A stretch of DNA of 64,000 nt from an uncultured Ignavibacteriaceae bacterium (GCA_964645575.1 CAZYAM010000001.1:31965-95964), one strand, 5' to 3'. Numbered from the stretch's first letter, positions 9,813 through 19,054 are shown. Notes: generated by a model from the sequence alone, not told the origin. Translations and numbers: made by a program.

Positions 9813-10105
9813 CTACTACATAAGCCGACATTGGGAAACATCGTAGCATATTTCAAATATCAATCGACGAAATTGATAAATGAATTACGGGATACATCGG
9901 GTATGAAGGTATGGCAAAGAAATTATTCACCCTGTGAGGTAGTAATTATATAAGATGGTAAAAACAAATTAAGGAATTACCTCACAGGGTGAATGACCGG
10001 ATTATCCGCAATGACAAAGAATTGCAAAATATGCAAGATTATATAATCAATAATGTCATCATATGGGTATTTGAAAAGGAGCATCCGGAAAATATCCCAT
10101 TATGA
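9813..10105 (+). pseudogene. C-terminal half of a second RAYT subfamily, interrupted by a hairpin insertion
   Basis: Translation reads HKPTLGNIVAYFKYQSTKLINELRDTSGMKVWQRNY, then the insert, then NDRIIRNDKELQNMQDYIINNVIIWVFEKEHPENIPL*. There is no start codon or HUH domain of its own. Confidence 0.65.
9927..9992. repeat. 66-nt perfect hairpin element (15-bp stem, extendable to 17 bp over 9925-9994) inserted in the RAYT motif
   Basis: tcaccctgtgaggta (9927-9941) and tacctcacagggtga (9978-9992) are exact reverse complements. The loop is AT-rich and 36 nt long. Confidence 0.85.
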
Positions 10106-10108
10106 ATT

Positions 10109-10385
10109 CAATGCAAGCGACGTGGCGCCACGTCGCCTGCAAACACACGAGAAATATATGGAGTCTCTTCTTCCCGAATTTCATCGGCGTTTTCTCGATA
10201 CATACGGCCCCAATCACAATATTCCATTCTTTAAATGGAGAAAATCCTTTCGAGATCATATAGTCCGTAGTGATAATGATTTTTCAAATCATCTTGAATA
10301 CATCTTTAATAATGCATCGAAACACGGTTTTTTACAGGGATTGGAAAAATGGAAATGGATGTGGATAGAAACGATGGCGAGGTGA
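10109..10385 (+). pseudogene. duplicated RAYT C-terminal fragment (no HUH domain)
   Basis: NASDVAPRRLQTHEKYMESLLPEFHRRFLDTYGPNHNIPFFKWRKSFRDHIVRSDNDF...EYIFNN is a paralog of residues 112-202 of the 9204 ORF. The N-terminal 19 aa of track ORF 10053 are out-of-frame filler. Confidence 0.7.
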
Positions 10386-10651
10386 CCTCGCCCCTACATA
10401 AGCCGACATTGGGAAACACCGTAGCATATTTTAAATATCAATCGACGAAATTGATAAATGAATTACGGGATACATCTGGTGTGAAGGTATGGCAAAGAAA
10501 TTATTCACCCTGTGAGGTAGTAATTATATAAGATGGTAAAAACAAATTAAGGAATTACCTCACAGGGTGAATGACCGGATTATCCGCAATGACAAAGAAT
10601 TACAGAATATGCAGGATTATATAGTCAATAATGTCATCACATGGGCATTTG
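10376..10651 (+). pseudogene. second copy of the interrupted RAYT C-terminal module
   Basis: GEVTSPLHKPTLGNTVAYFKYQSTKLINELRDTSGVKVWQRNY, then the hairpin, then NDRIIRNDKELQNMQDYIVNNVITW. I counted about ten substitutions versus copy A. Confidence 0.65.
10505..10570. repeat. second copy of the 66-nt hairpin element
   Basis: Sequence identical to 9927-9992, at the same codon position of the duplicated module. Confidence 0.85.
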
Positions 10652-10721
10652 TACTTTTAATTTGCTATTCAGCAATTATTAAATCAATTTGTCTCCATCT
10701 TAATTATCGAAGGAAACACAT

Positions 10722-11114
10722 ATGGAAGATTTTCAAATACAACCCCCGGAAGAGTCGGAACAGGAATCTTCAACCGGAAAGAAGTTTTTAAGATTTGGTG
10801 CGGTATTTCTTTGTGCACTCATCGGCTTTGCATTTATGCTCGTGGGATATTTATTTGCTATAGTAATAGGTTTAGATTTAGAAGTATTTATTACTTATAC
10901 AGCAACCTGTTTCCTCGTTTGTATCGTAATGTGGATTTTGATCGGCTTATTAACACCCTTCGCTTTTTTTCAGAGATTCTTCGAAGCGCTAAGTGGAATA
11001 ACTATTGAGCGGGTAATCGTTTTTGTTATTATATGTGGAACAATAGTTTTCCTGCATTGGTATGTGATAACCATTACCGCAAAAATACTCGTGTCAATAT
11101 TCGTTATTGAATAA
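10722..11114 (+). CDS. hypothetical integral membrane protein (about 4 TM)
   Basis: Acidic N-terminus followed by four hydrophobic segments. AAGGA RBS. No recognisable family. Confidence 0.5.
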   Translation: MEDFQIQPPEESEQESSTGKKFLRFGAVFLCALIGFAFMLVGYLFAIVIGLDLEVFITYTATCFLVCIVMWILIGLLTPFAFFQRFFEALSGITIERVIVFVIICGTIVFLHWYVITITAKILVSIFVIE

Positions 11115-11140
11115 AAAGAGTAGGACATATCATCTTCGAT

Positions 11141-11512
11141 ATGGAGACAGATACTTGTATAGAAAACACATCAGGACGAGGGAAGGATTCTGAAGTCCCT
11201 TCAGTTATTCGAACATGGAACTGGGGCGCTTTTTTCCTGAGTGTAATATGGGGATTGTTCAACAGGACATATATCGCGCTGCTGGCCGCTATTCCGGTTG
11301 TTGGAATTCTCATGGTATTTGTATTAGGATTCAAAGGGAATGAATGGGCTTGGCAGAACAAACGCTGGAAAAGCATTGAGCACTTTCAAAGAATGCAAAA
11401 GCGATGGGCAATATGGGGCATCGTCTTGTTCATCTTTTTTACTGTAATAAGTACGTTTGTTGTAAAAATTCTCCTTCCTGTTCTTGAGATATCCAAAATA
11501 ATTCCCGAGTAA
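11141..11512 (+). CDS. small membrane protein, DUF2628-like
   Basis: WNWGAFFLSVIWGLFNRTY and GNEWAWQNKRW patterns recall DUF2628. Two to three TM segments. Confidence 0.5.
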   Translation: METDTCIENTSGRGKDSEVPSVIRTWNWGAFFLSVIWGLFNRTYIALLAAIPVVGILMVFVLGFKGNEWAWQNKRWKSIEHFQRMQKRWAIWGIVLFIFFTVISTFVVKILLPVLEISKIIPE

Positions 11513-11759
11513 GCTTTATACGCCAAAATACTGCAGAAAAAAAGGAATATATATCTAATGATATGTCTGAAAAACACAGAAAATGTATTAAGGAGTCAAG
11601 GATAAAATTTTTTTTATAGTCTTCTATACTTCATAAACCGGCACTGTATATTGCTTGAGGTTTAAAGGAAAACTAAGTATCATTTGCATGTAATGCAGCG
11701 AAATTCAAATCCAAAGTTAATGTTTTATTTTTAAAACAATTTCTTACAGGAGGTGTATT

Positions 11760-12380
11760 ATGAGACTCGCGATTTTTTTACTCTGTATCGTGTGTTTTGT
11801 GGGCTGTTCTTCAATGAAGCAGGCTTCGGATCCGGGCACTCCGCAGGTGCTGTTGAAACATCCGCTTCCCCCGATTCCGGAAACATTCTCTCGATTATCT
11901 TTCGATTTAGATATGGTGTTGTTTATACAGGAAGATGGATCAGTTGGTAAAACCCGGCTCCTAAAAGGCAGCGGCGATGCCGAGTGGGATTCGCTTGCTG
12001 TAGAATCGATCAAAAAGTGGCGTTTTACTCCCGCCCGAACAGGAAATCAACCGATCAGCGCCTGGTTTCACCTGCGGACAAATGTCCGCTATGCAGAATT
12101 ACAAGTGATGAACCTTGGGGAAATATTGTGCACTACATGGGAAGAGGCTGATACGGTTTATAAAGCGATAAAACAGGGAGAAGATTTTGGCGAACTGGCA
12201 ATGAAATATTCAGTCGCTCCAACGCGTGAAATGAAGGGAGTTCTCGGAGAGACAAATATTAATATGTACCCTGAATATATAAATGAAATGCTGGAAAAAC
12301 TCGCTGTGAATGATTATACGAGACCTATAAAGTACGGCGATCTGTATATAATTTTTAAAAGGCTGGAGAAAAGTAAATAA
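11760..12380 (+). CDS. lipoprotein fusing a TonB C-terminal-like domain and a parvulin (PpiC) PPIase domain
   Basis: Lipobox LLCIVCFVGC. TonB_C-like LPPIPE...GSVGKTRLLKGSGDAEWDSLAVESIKKWRFTPA. PpiC-like GEDFGELAMKYS...KGVLGE...YGDLYIIFKR. Confidence 0.65.
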   Translation: MRLAIFLLCIVCFVGCSSMKQASDPGTPQVLLKHPLPPIPETFSRLSFDLDMVLFIQEDGSVGKTRLLKGSGDAEWDSLAVESIKKWRFTPARTGNQPISAWFHLRTNVRYAELQVMNLGEILCTTWEEADTVYKAIKQGEDFGELAMKYSVAPTREMKGVLGETNINMYPEYINEMLEKLAVNDYTRPIKYGDLYIIFKRLEKSK

Positions 12381-12704
12381 TTGTATATGGATAAAAATCT
12401 TTTCTAAAAATATGGAAGGACTCTCAATAAGCAGAAATTAAATTTCTATAACATTATTGTCTATTTTTCTGAACCATTATTTTGCATTCTGCATTTGCAC
12501 TGCTTAGAGTGTGGATAATGGTTTCTTTTATTTAAAATGGATGGATACTTATACGGTTTTCAGATTAACATCTTCGTATCTATAAATCAATAATACCTAT
12601 CAGCTTCTTTTTTTTAATCCCTATCCATTTACCTTTTCTGTTTTTACTGCATATATCAGTAGAAGATAAATCACAGATATTCATAATAAATCCAGGAGAA
12701 GGTT

Positions 12705-14588
12705 ATGAAGAATATCATTTTAGTTTCCTTGTTACTCTTGTTGGTAATACCGTCGTGTGTTCAAAAAAATGGTTTAATTGTCGGCAGAGTAACAGACGCC
12801 AATTCCGGTAAACCTATTACAGGTGTAACTGTGACGGTCTATGGCACAGGAATTACCGATAAAACAGGTAGTTCCGGTAATTATCAATTGAAATCCGTTC
12901 CTGCCGTTAAACAAATTGTACAGTTCACTTGTAATGGTTATATGACTTTAAATAAAACAAATGTAATTGTGCAGTCCGATACGACTGTGCGCCTTGATGT
13001 TCAGCTTGATTCAGGATTAACGAATATTATACCGTTAGAGATTCTAAAAGAAGAAGAAAAGGCTGATAAAATAGGATTTATTAAGCATAGACTTGCTTCT
13101 CCCGCTGTTGCATGCATGTCTCAATATTCTTTAGCTCCTGACTTTATTGCCAATTTTAATACCGAATCGTATGATAAGATCATGGAAAATGAATTTTTGG
13201 ATGCTGCACAAAATCCGCTTTCGACATTTTCAATAGATGTTGACGTAGCATCGTATGGTAATGTTCGCAGATTTATCCGCAACGGATCGCTTCCTCCTAT
13301 CGATGCGGTACGCACGGAGGAATTTGTTAATTATTTTTCCTATAACTATCCGGAACCGACCGGCAAACATCCGTTTTCAGTATCTACTGAAATTGCATCG
13401 GCGCCCTGGAATACCAAACATCATCTAATGATGATCGGCTTGCAGGGCAGACATATCTCAACCGATAAACTGCCTCCGGGCAACCTTGTATTCTTGCTTG
13501 ATGTTTCCGGTTCCATGAATGATCCTAATAAGCTTCCTCTTGTGAAATCCGCTTTTCATTTATTGGTAAATCAACTCAGGAGTATCGATAAGGTCGCGAT
13601 TGTTGTTTACGCGGGCAGCGCAGGACTTGTGCTTCCATCGACTTCAGGTGATAAGAAGACAGAAATTCTAAATGCTATTGATAATCTTGAAGCAGGCGGT
13701 TCTACTGCAGGCGGACAGGGAATTAAACTCGCATATAAAATCGCAAAAGAGAATTTCCTTAAAAACGGGAATAACCGTGTTATTCTTGCAACCGACGGCG
13801 ATTTCAATGTCGGTGCATCAAGCGATGCCGAAATGGAACGCCTGATTGAAGAAAAGCGAAAAGACGGCATATATCTGTCGGTGCTGGGATTCGGAATGGG
13901 CAATTATAAAGACTCCAAGATGGAGAAGCTTGCAGATAAAGGAAACGGTAATTATGCGTATATCGATAATATACTTGAAGCAAAAAAAGTCTTTGTCGGC
14001 CAACTTGCAGGTACGTTATATACAATTGCCAAGGATGTCAAGCTGCAGATCGAGTTCAATCCCGCAAAAGTAAAAGCTTACCGTCTGATAGGATATGAAA
14101 ACCGGCTGCTCAATAAAGAGGATTTTAATAACGATATAAAGGATGCGGGCGATATGGGGGCCGGTCACTCTGTTACCGCCTTTTATGAAATTGTCCCCAT
14201 TGGTGTCGAGATAGATCTTCCGAAAGTCGATTCTTTGAAATATCAGCGTCCTGCCGCAAATATATCATCTAATCAAACGAATGAATTGTTAACGGTAAAA
14301 ATAAGGTATAAACCACCTAAAGATACCGTCAGCGTATTACAGGAGATACCTGTGCTTTCACAAATTCGTTCACTGAATAAAGTTACAAGTGATTTCCGGT
14401 TTGCCACGTCGGTTGTGCAGTTTTGTATGATTCTTCGGGAATCGAAATTTTTGGGAAATACAAATTATGACAATGTGCTTGAATCGGCACGTGCGGCAAA
14501 GGGCGAAGATAAGGAAGGCTACCGGAGTGAATTTATCCAATTAGTGAAAATGTGCAAGTCGCTACCCAAGCGAACGGTCTGTAGATAA
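12705..14588 (+). CDS. von Willebrand factor A domain protein (YfbK-like) with N-terminal carboxypeptidase-regulatory-like domain
   Basis: GRVTDANSGKPITGVTV (CarbopepD_reg-like). FSIDVDVASY...TEEFVNYF. MIDAS motif LLDVSGSM. C-terminal DUF3520-like region. Confidence 0.85.
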   Translation: MKNIILVSLLLLLVIPSCVQKNGLIVGRVTDANSGKPITGVTVTVYGTGITDKTGSSGNYQLKSVPAVKQIVQFTCNGYMTLNKTNVIVQSDTTVRLDVQLDSGLTNIIPLEILKEEEKADKIGFIKHRLASPAVACMSQYSLAPDFIANFNTESYDKIMENEFLDAAQNPLSTFSIDVDVASYGNVRRFIRNGSLPPIDAVRTEEFVNYFSYNYPEPTGKHPFSVSTEIASAPWNTKHHLMMIGLQGRHISTDKLPPGNLVFLLDVSGSMNDPNKLPLVKSAFHLLVNQLRSIDKVAIVVYAGSAGLVLPSTSGDKKTEILNAIDNLEAGGSTAGGQGIKLAYKIAKENFLKNGNNRVILATDGDFNVGASSDAEMERLIEEKRKDGIYLSVLGFGMGNYKDSKMEKLADKGNGNYAYIDNILEAKKVFVGQLAGTLYTIAKDVKLQIEFNPAKVKAYRLIGYENRLLNKEDFNNDIKDAGDMGAGHSVTAFYEIVPIGVEIDLPKVDSLKYQRPAANISSNQTNELLTVKIRYKPPKDTVSVLQEIPVLSQIRSLNKVTSDFRFATSVVQFCMILRESKFLGNTNYDNVLESARAAKGEDKEGYRSEFIQLVKMCKSLPKRTVCR

Positions 14589-14610
14589 TAATTTTTTATA
14601 TTTTGCCAGG

Positions 14611-14648
14611 AACGCCGTCGGTTGAAAAACCGCCGGCGTTTTGTTTTT
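14611..14648 (+). terminator. rho-independent terminator
   Basis: GC-rich stem aacgccgtcgg / ccgccggcgtt (one mismatch) followed by ttttgttttt. Confidence 0.8.
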
Positions 14649-14714
14649 ACTGTTACTTTTCCGTACACTTTTTCTATCACATTTTATATCTCGTTAACCT
14701 GATAAAAGGATGAT

Positions 14715-15692
14715 ATGAAAGTATTTATTTCACGTGATATTCCGGCACAGGGAATCGAATTACTGCGTGCGGAGGGTTTTGAAGTCACTGTCTGGCAGGT
14801 CGATAGGCCTATGACACAGCTTGAACTTATCGAAAATGCCAAACAAAACGATGCATTGCTGTGTGTATTTTCCGATAAGATCGATAAAGTATTTCTTAAC
14901 GAATGCAAGCATCTGAAAGTCATTGCCCAGCTTGCTGTCGGGTATGATAACATCGACATTGATGAAGCGACCCGATTACGGATACCGATCGGTAATACGC
15001 CGGATGTGCTCAGCGAAGCTACGGCGGACGTCTCCTTTCTATTGATGCTTGCAGCATCGCGAAAAGCTTTTCATCTCCATAAAACAATTGCCGGAGGAGA
15101 GTGGACTTTCTTCAGGCCCAAAGCAAATCTTGGAATAGAGTTGAAGAATAAAACTCTGGGCATATTCGGTCTGGGCCGGATTGGCACTGAAATGGCAAAA
15201 CGCTGCAAAGGCGCTTATCAAATGGATGTTATTTATTGCAATCGCTCAAGAAATTCTGTCGCTGAAGAGTTATTACAGGCACGTAAAGTGGAATTCGACG
15301 AGTTGTTGGCGCAAAGTGATGTGTTATCGGTTCATTGTTCGTTGAATGAAACTACAAATGGAATATTCAATAAAACAGTATTTCATAAAATGAAACGAAC
15401 GGCAATATTTATCAATACTGCACGCGGATTGATACATAACGAGAAGGATCTTATCGATGCGCTCAATGAGCGTGTTATTTGGGGCGCAGGATTGGATGTA
15501 ACAAATCCGGAACCCATGAGGCCTAATAATCCGCTCTTATCGATGGAGAGCGTGGCGGTGCTTCCGCACATCGGATCGGCTACAATCGAAGCGCGTAATG
15601 CAATGGCGCGTTTATCGGCAGAGAATATTATTCATGGTTTGCGCGGCGCGAAACTGCCGTATATAGTCAATCCTGAAATTTACAGCCGTTGA
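14715..15692 (+). CDS. D-isomer-specific 2-hydroxyacid dehydrogenase (glyoxylate/hydroxypyruvate reductase-like)
   Basis: NAD-binding GIFGLGRIG. Catalytic region NTARG...LDV...HIGSAT. Confidence 0.85.
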   Translation: MKVFISRDIPAQGIELLRAEGFEVTVWQVDRPMTQLELIENAKQNDALLCVFSDKIDKVFLNECKHLKVIAQLAVGYDNIDIDEATRLRIPIGNTPDVLSEATADVSFLLMLAASRKAFHLHKTIAGGEWTFFRPKANLGIELKNKTLGIFGLGRIGTEMAKRCKGAYQMDVIYCNRSRNSVAEELLQARKVEFDELLAQSDVLSVHCSLNETTNGIFNKTVFHKMKRTAIFINTARGLIHNEKDLIDALNERVIWGAGLDVTNPEPMRPNNPLLSMESVAVLPHIGSATIEARNAMARLSAENIIHGLRGAKLPYIVNPEIYSR

Positions 15693-15725
15693 AACCGATA
15701 TCCAGCTTAATTCAATTAGATTTAT

Positions 15726-16925
15726 ATGAATCCATGGCGCGGTATTAACCGTCTTCCTAAAGAGATATGGATACTCTGTGGTACAACGCTCATTAACCGG
15801 ATGGGGTCAATGGCCCTGCCGTTTCTTGTCGTCTATCTCACGAATAGTCAGGAGTATTCGGCAACTCAGGCGGGATTTGTATTTTCTGTATATGGTATAG
15901 CTGCTCTTGTAGCGGCTCCGTTCTCAGGGCGTCTCAGCGATGCAATAGGCCCGCTGCGCTTAATGAAGTTATCGCTTTGGCTTTCCGGTATTGTTCTTAT
16001 ATTATATCCGCTTGCGCAGGGTTTTTTATTTGTCATCATAGCGACAATATGCTGGTCTGTTATAACTGAAGCATTTCGTCCTGCGGCACTTTCCATCATT
16101 TCGGATGTAGTTAGGCCGGATCAAAGGAAGATAGCATTTTCAGCCAATCGCCTCGCAGCTAATATGGGTCTTAGTATTGGTCCTGCTGTGGGCGGATTTC
16201 TCCTGTTATACTCGTATCCCCTTATTTTCTGGGTTGATGGGGCAACAACATTGATTGCAGCATTGGTTCTAACGCTGAAGATGGTTTATGATCCGAAACA
16301 TAAACGTATCACCGATATAGATCGGGATACCCGAACATTTGTTCTCCGGGATCGGCGGCTTCTATTATTTGCAATTTTTGTTTTCCCTGCTATTATGACA
16401 ATTTTTCAAATTTTTTCAACTCTTCCATACATTTGCGTGCACGAACTGGGATTGGCTTCTTCAGTATTCGGACTTCTCTTCACTGTCAATACGGTGCTTA
16501 TTATTCTCCTGGAAGTTCCGTTGAACATTGCAATGTCACACTGGCCGCACAGGCATTCGATGGCATTAGGCGGTTTATTAATTGGGGCGGGATTCGGAGG
16601 AATGATATTTGCAACAGGATTCTGGAGTGTAGTTATTACGGTTGTGATCTGGACGTTCGGGGAAATGATCCTTTTGCCTGCATCTTCTGCATATGTCGCA
16701 GATATTGCACCGAATGAAAAACGGGGTGCGTATATGGGTATTTACCAAATGACTGGAAATGCCGCGCTTGCTTTCAGCGGGTGGTTCGGAATGAAATTAC
16801 TCGAAGAATTTAGTTCATCAGTACTCTGGGGAAGTGTGTTTGTTTTGTGCTTTATTTCTTCGTTTTTCCTGTTTTCACTGCGGGAACAGCATGGCAAATC
16901 GCGGCTATTTCAAAGCAGTAAATGA
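15726..16925 (+). CDS. MFS transporter
   Basis: 12 predicted TM segments. MFS loop motif GRLSDAIGP. Confidence 0.8.
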   Translation: MNPWRGINRLPKEIWILCGTTLINRMGSMALPFLVVYLTNSQEYSATQAGFVFSVYGIAALVAAPFSGRLSDAIGPLRLMKLSLWLSGIVLILYPLAQGFLFVIIATICWSVITEAFRPAALSIISDVVRPDQRKIAFSANRLAANMGLSIGPAVGGFLLLYSYPLIFWVDGATTLIAALVLTLKMVYDPKHKRITDIDRDTRTFVLRDRRLLLFAIFVFPAIMTIFQIFSTLPYICVHELGLASSVFGLLFTVNTVLIILLEVPLNIAMSHWPHRHSMALGGLLIGAGFGGMIFATGFWSVVITVVIWTFGEMILLPASSAYVADIAPNEKRGAYMGIYQMTGNAALAFSGWFGMKLLEEFSSSVLWGSVFVLCFISSFFLFSLREQHGKSRLFQSSK

Positions 16926-16943
16926 ATTGTTACCTATGTACAA

Positions 16944-16977
16944 TAAAAAACCGGGTGCTTTCACATCCGGCTTTTTA
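16944..16977. terminator. bidirectional terminator-like hairpin between convergent genes
   Basis: aaaaaaccgggtg-ctttc-acatccggcttttt: an A-run, a bulged 7-bp stem and a T-run. Confidence 0.45.
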
Positions 16978-16997
16978 TTATAAAGATCTTTCTAAAA

Positions 16998-17702
16998 TCA
17001 GGTCCAAGTTCCACCGAATGTTTCTACTCCACCGGGGTATGTATACCAAGTTCCGGAGCCGTCTGCAGCCCAAACAGATTTATAATTTAAGGTTACTCCA
17101 TCGTCATACACTTCAATACTTCCGGAACCATCAGGATTGTTTACGATGATCATCTTGGATGATAGCGTTCCGCCCGATCCATACACATAATATGTACCAG
17201 TGATTACATTGTTTGCGTCTGTTGTATAGACAAATTCAACTGCTTTTCCCGTATGTCCGGGTGTGTAAAATGTCCAGCTGCCGGTTTTTCCATCTGCACT
17301 CGTTGTGCCTTCCCACATTGTAAAATCTGTCACTACTGTTCCAGAGTAATTACCTGAATACTTAAGTATCCATGTATAACTTCCGTCACTCTGTTTAGTG
17401 CATGTCAATGTATATGTTTCACCCTGATAACCATATGTCCATGTGTATATATTTCCGTTTTGCTGCGCAGGTGCGGATGATAATGCTGTACTTAGTGCCA
17501 TACTACTGTTCATTATTGTTGCATATGAATTTGCTATCTGTGCATTTGGGTCTTGCGAGGTAGTGTTTGGCCCTTTAAAAGTAGCTTGAGGAATGGCTGG
17601 TGCAGCTGTTGAATTCGGTTCTGCAGGATTAGATTCATCATCACTGCATCCTATCAATCCGATCAACATTGCGGCGATTACTGTCGTAATAATATATCTC
17701 AT
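16998..17702 (-). CDS. hypothetical lipoprotein
   Basis: Start chosen at MRYIITTVIAAMLIGLIGC (lipobox) with a GGAGG RBS. Thr/Gly/Tyr-rich beta-type repeats. No family recognised. Confidence 0.55.
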   Translation of the reverse strand: MRYIITTVIAAMLIGLIGCSDDESNPAEPNSTAAPAIPQATFKGPNTTSQDPNAQIANSYATIMNSSMALSTALSSAPAQQNGNIYTWTYGYQGETYTLTCTKQSDGSYTWILKYSGNYSGTVVTDFTMWEGTTSADGKTGSWTFYTPGHTGKAVEFVYTTDANNVITGTYYVYGSGGTLSSKMIIVNNPDGSGSIEVYDDGVTLNYKSVWAADGSGTWYTYPGGVETFGGTWT

Positions 17703-17854
17703 AATGCCTCCATAGATAATGTGATAAGTGAAATTATTAGATTGAGCGAGTATTTTATAAAAACTAATAAGAAGATAATCAAAATACAAGAGCTTTAATG
17801 ATTATGGAGTCAATACGTCAAAAAGAACTGCAAAAGTAATTATTAGATTTCTAT

Positions 17855-18973
17855 CTATTGGGATTCCAGTAATTGTATAAATTGTGCAAAGAGATAGTCG
17901 CTGTCGTGCGGTCCTGGTGAAGCTTCCGGATGATATTGAACGCAAAAGACAGGCAAAGATCGATGGCGGAATCCTTCGTTTGTGTGGTCATTCAAATTCG
18001 TGTGTGTAATCTCAATGGATTTCGGGTCGAGAGAATCCGGATCAACTGCGAAGCCGTGATTCTGTGATGTTATTTCAATACTGCCGGTTTTCAGGTTTTT
18101 TACAGGATGGTTTGCACCGCGGTGGCCGAATTTCAGTTTATATGTTTTTCCGCCAAGCGCTAATGCCAGCAGCTGGTGGCCGAGGCAGATTCCAAAAATG
18201 GGCTTTTTCCCGATGAGTTTCTTGATATTATCGATTGCGTAAGTCACAGCTGCCGGATCGCCGGGTCCGTTGGAGAGGAATATACCGTCCGAATTCATTT
18301 TTAATAATTTTTCAGCAGGAGTCTGTGCGGGCAACACAGTGAGATTGCACCCGTATGAAGTTAATCGCCTTAGAATGTTGTGTTTTACGCCGTAATCATA
18401 AACGGCCACATTCCATTTCTTACCGCCTGAATTTTGTGCTGGAAGTGCGAATTGTGTGGCATCGGTTTTATTCCAGGTATAAGCTTTGTTTGTAGTGACA
18501 CGGCTCGCAAGATCGAGTCCGGCCATCTGCGGTGATTTTTTTACTTTTGCCAGCAGGCTTTTATTATCCAAGTCTTCCGTAGAAATTATTCCACGCATTG
18601 CACCGACAGAGCGGATAATTTTAGTCAGCATACGTGTGTCGATACCTTGAATACCGATAATATTATACTTACTTAACCAATCGCCGAGGCTTTCAGTTGA
18701 TCGGAAATTGCTCGGAAAAGAACTGTATTCTTTAACAACAAATCCGGCTACCTGCGGCTTAACCGACTCGAGATCGTCGATATTAACTCCGTAGTTACCG
18801 ATGAGAGGATAGGTCATTGTCACGATTTGTCCTTTGTATGAAGGATCGGTGAGAATTTCCTGATAACCAGTAATGCTGGTATTAAATACAACTTCACCTG
18901 TTGTTTCGTCGTTTGAACCAAATGATTCTCCTGTGAAGATTGTACCGTTTTCGAGTATAAGTTTTGCTTTCAT
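17855..18973 (-). CDS. carA: carbamoyl-phosphate synthase small (glutaminase) subunit
   Basis: N-terminal CPSase_sm domain. GATase triad context GICLGHQ and QYHPE. Confidence 0.95.
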   Translation of the reverse strand: MKAKLILENGTIFTGESFGSNDETTGEVVFNTSITGYQEILTDPSYKGQIVTMTYPLIGNYGVNIDDLESVKPQVAGFVVKEYSSFPSNFRSTESLGDWLSKYNIIGIQGIDTRMLTKIIRSVGAMRGIISTEDLDNKSLLAKVKKSPQMAGLDLASRVTTNKAYTWNKTDATQFALPAQNSGGKKWNVAVYDYGVKHNILRRLTSYGCNLTVLPAQTPAEKLLKMNSDGIFLSNGPGDPAAVTYAIDNIKKLIGKKPIFGICLGHQLLALALGGKTYKLKFGHRGANHPVKNLKTGSIEITSQNHGFAVDPDSLDPKSIEITHTNLNDHTNEGFRHRSLPVFCVQYHPEASPGPHDSDYLFAQFIQLLESQ

Positions 18974-19054
18974 AACAATATAAGATAAAGAGAAATGTGG
19001 GGTGATGCAATTTTACGTATGTTACGGGGTTTTCTAGTACCTATTAAATGCTTA

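Larger units (their letters stand above)
9536..10651 (+). repeat. tandem duplication of a roughly 540-bp RAYT C-terminal block (unit A 9536-10073, unit B 10109-10651)
   Basis: Hand alignment gives an offset of 573 nt at the 5' end and 578 nt at the 3' end (5-nt indel near 9813/10386), with a 35-nt spacer between the units. Confidence 0.8.

Noticed and set aside
9921-9997. Translational bypassing (gene-60-like hop) across the 66-nt hairpin.
   Set aside because: There are no matched take-off/landing codons and no stop codon directly after the putative take-off site. The host module also lacks a start codon and an HUH domain, so decay is the simpler explanation.
9927-10570. Two identical hairpin repeats considered as a minimal CRISPR-like array.
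   Set aside because: There are only two copies. The intervening sequence is itself part of a tandem gene duplication. No cas genes are present.
9536-10651. Tandem repeat units considered as a diversity-generating retroelement template/variable repeat pair.
   Set aside because: The substitutions between the copies are of all types rather than adenine-specific. No reverse transcriptase gene is present in the window.
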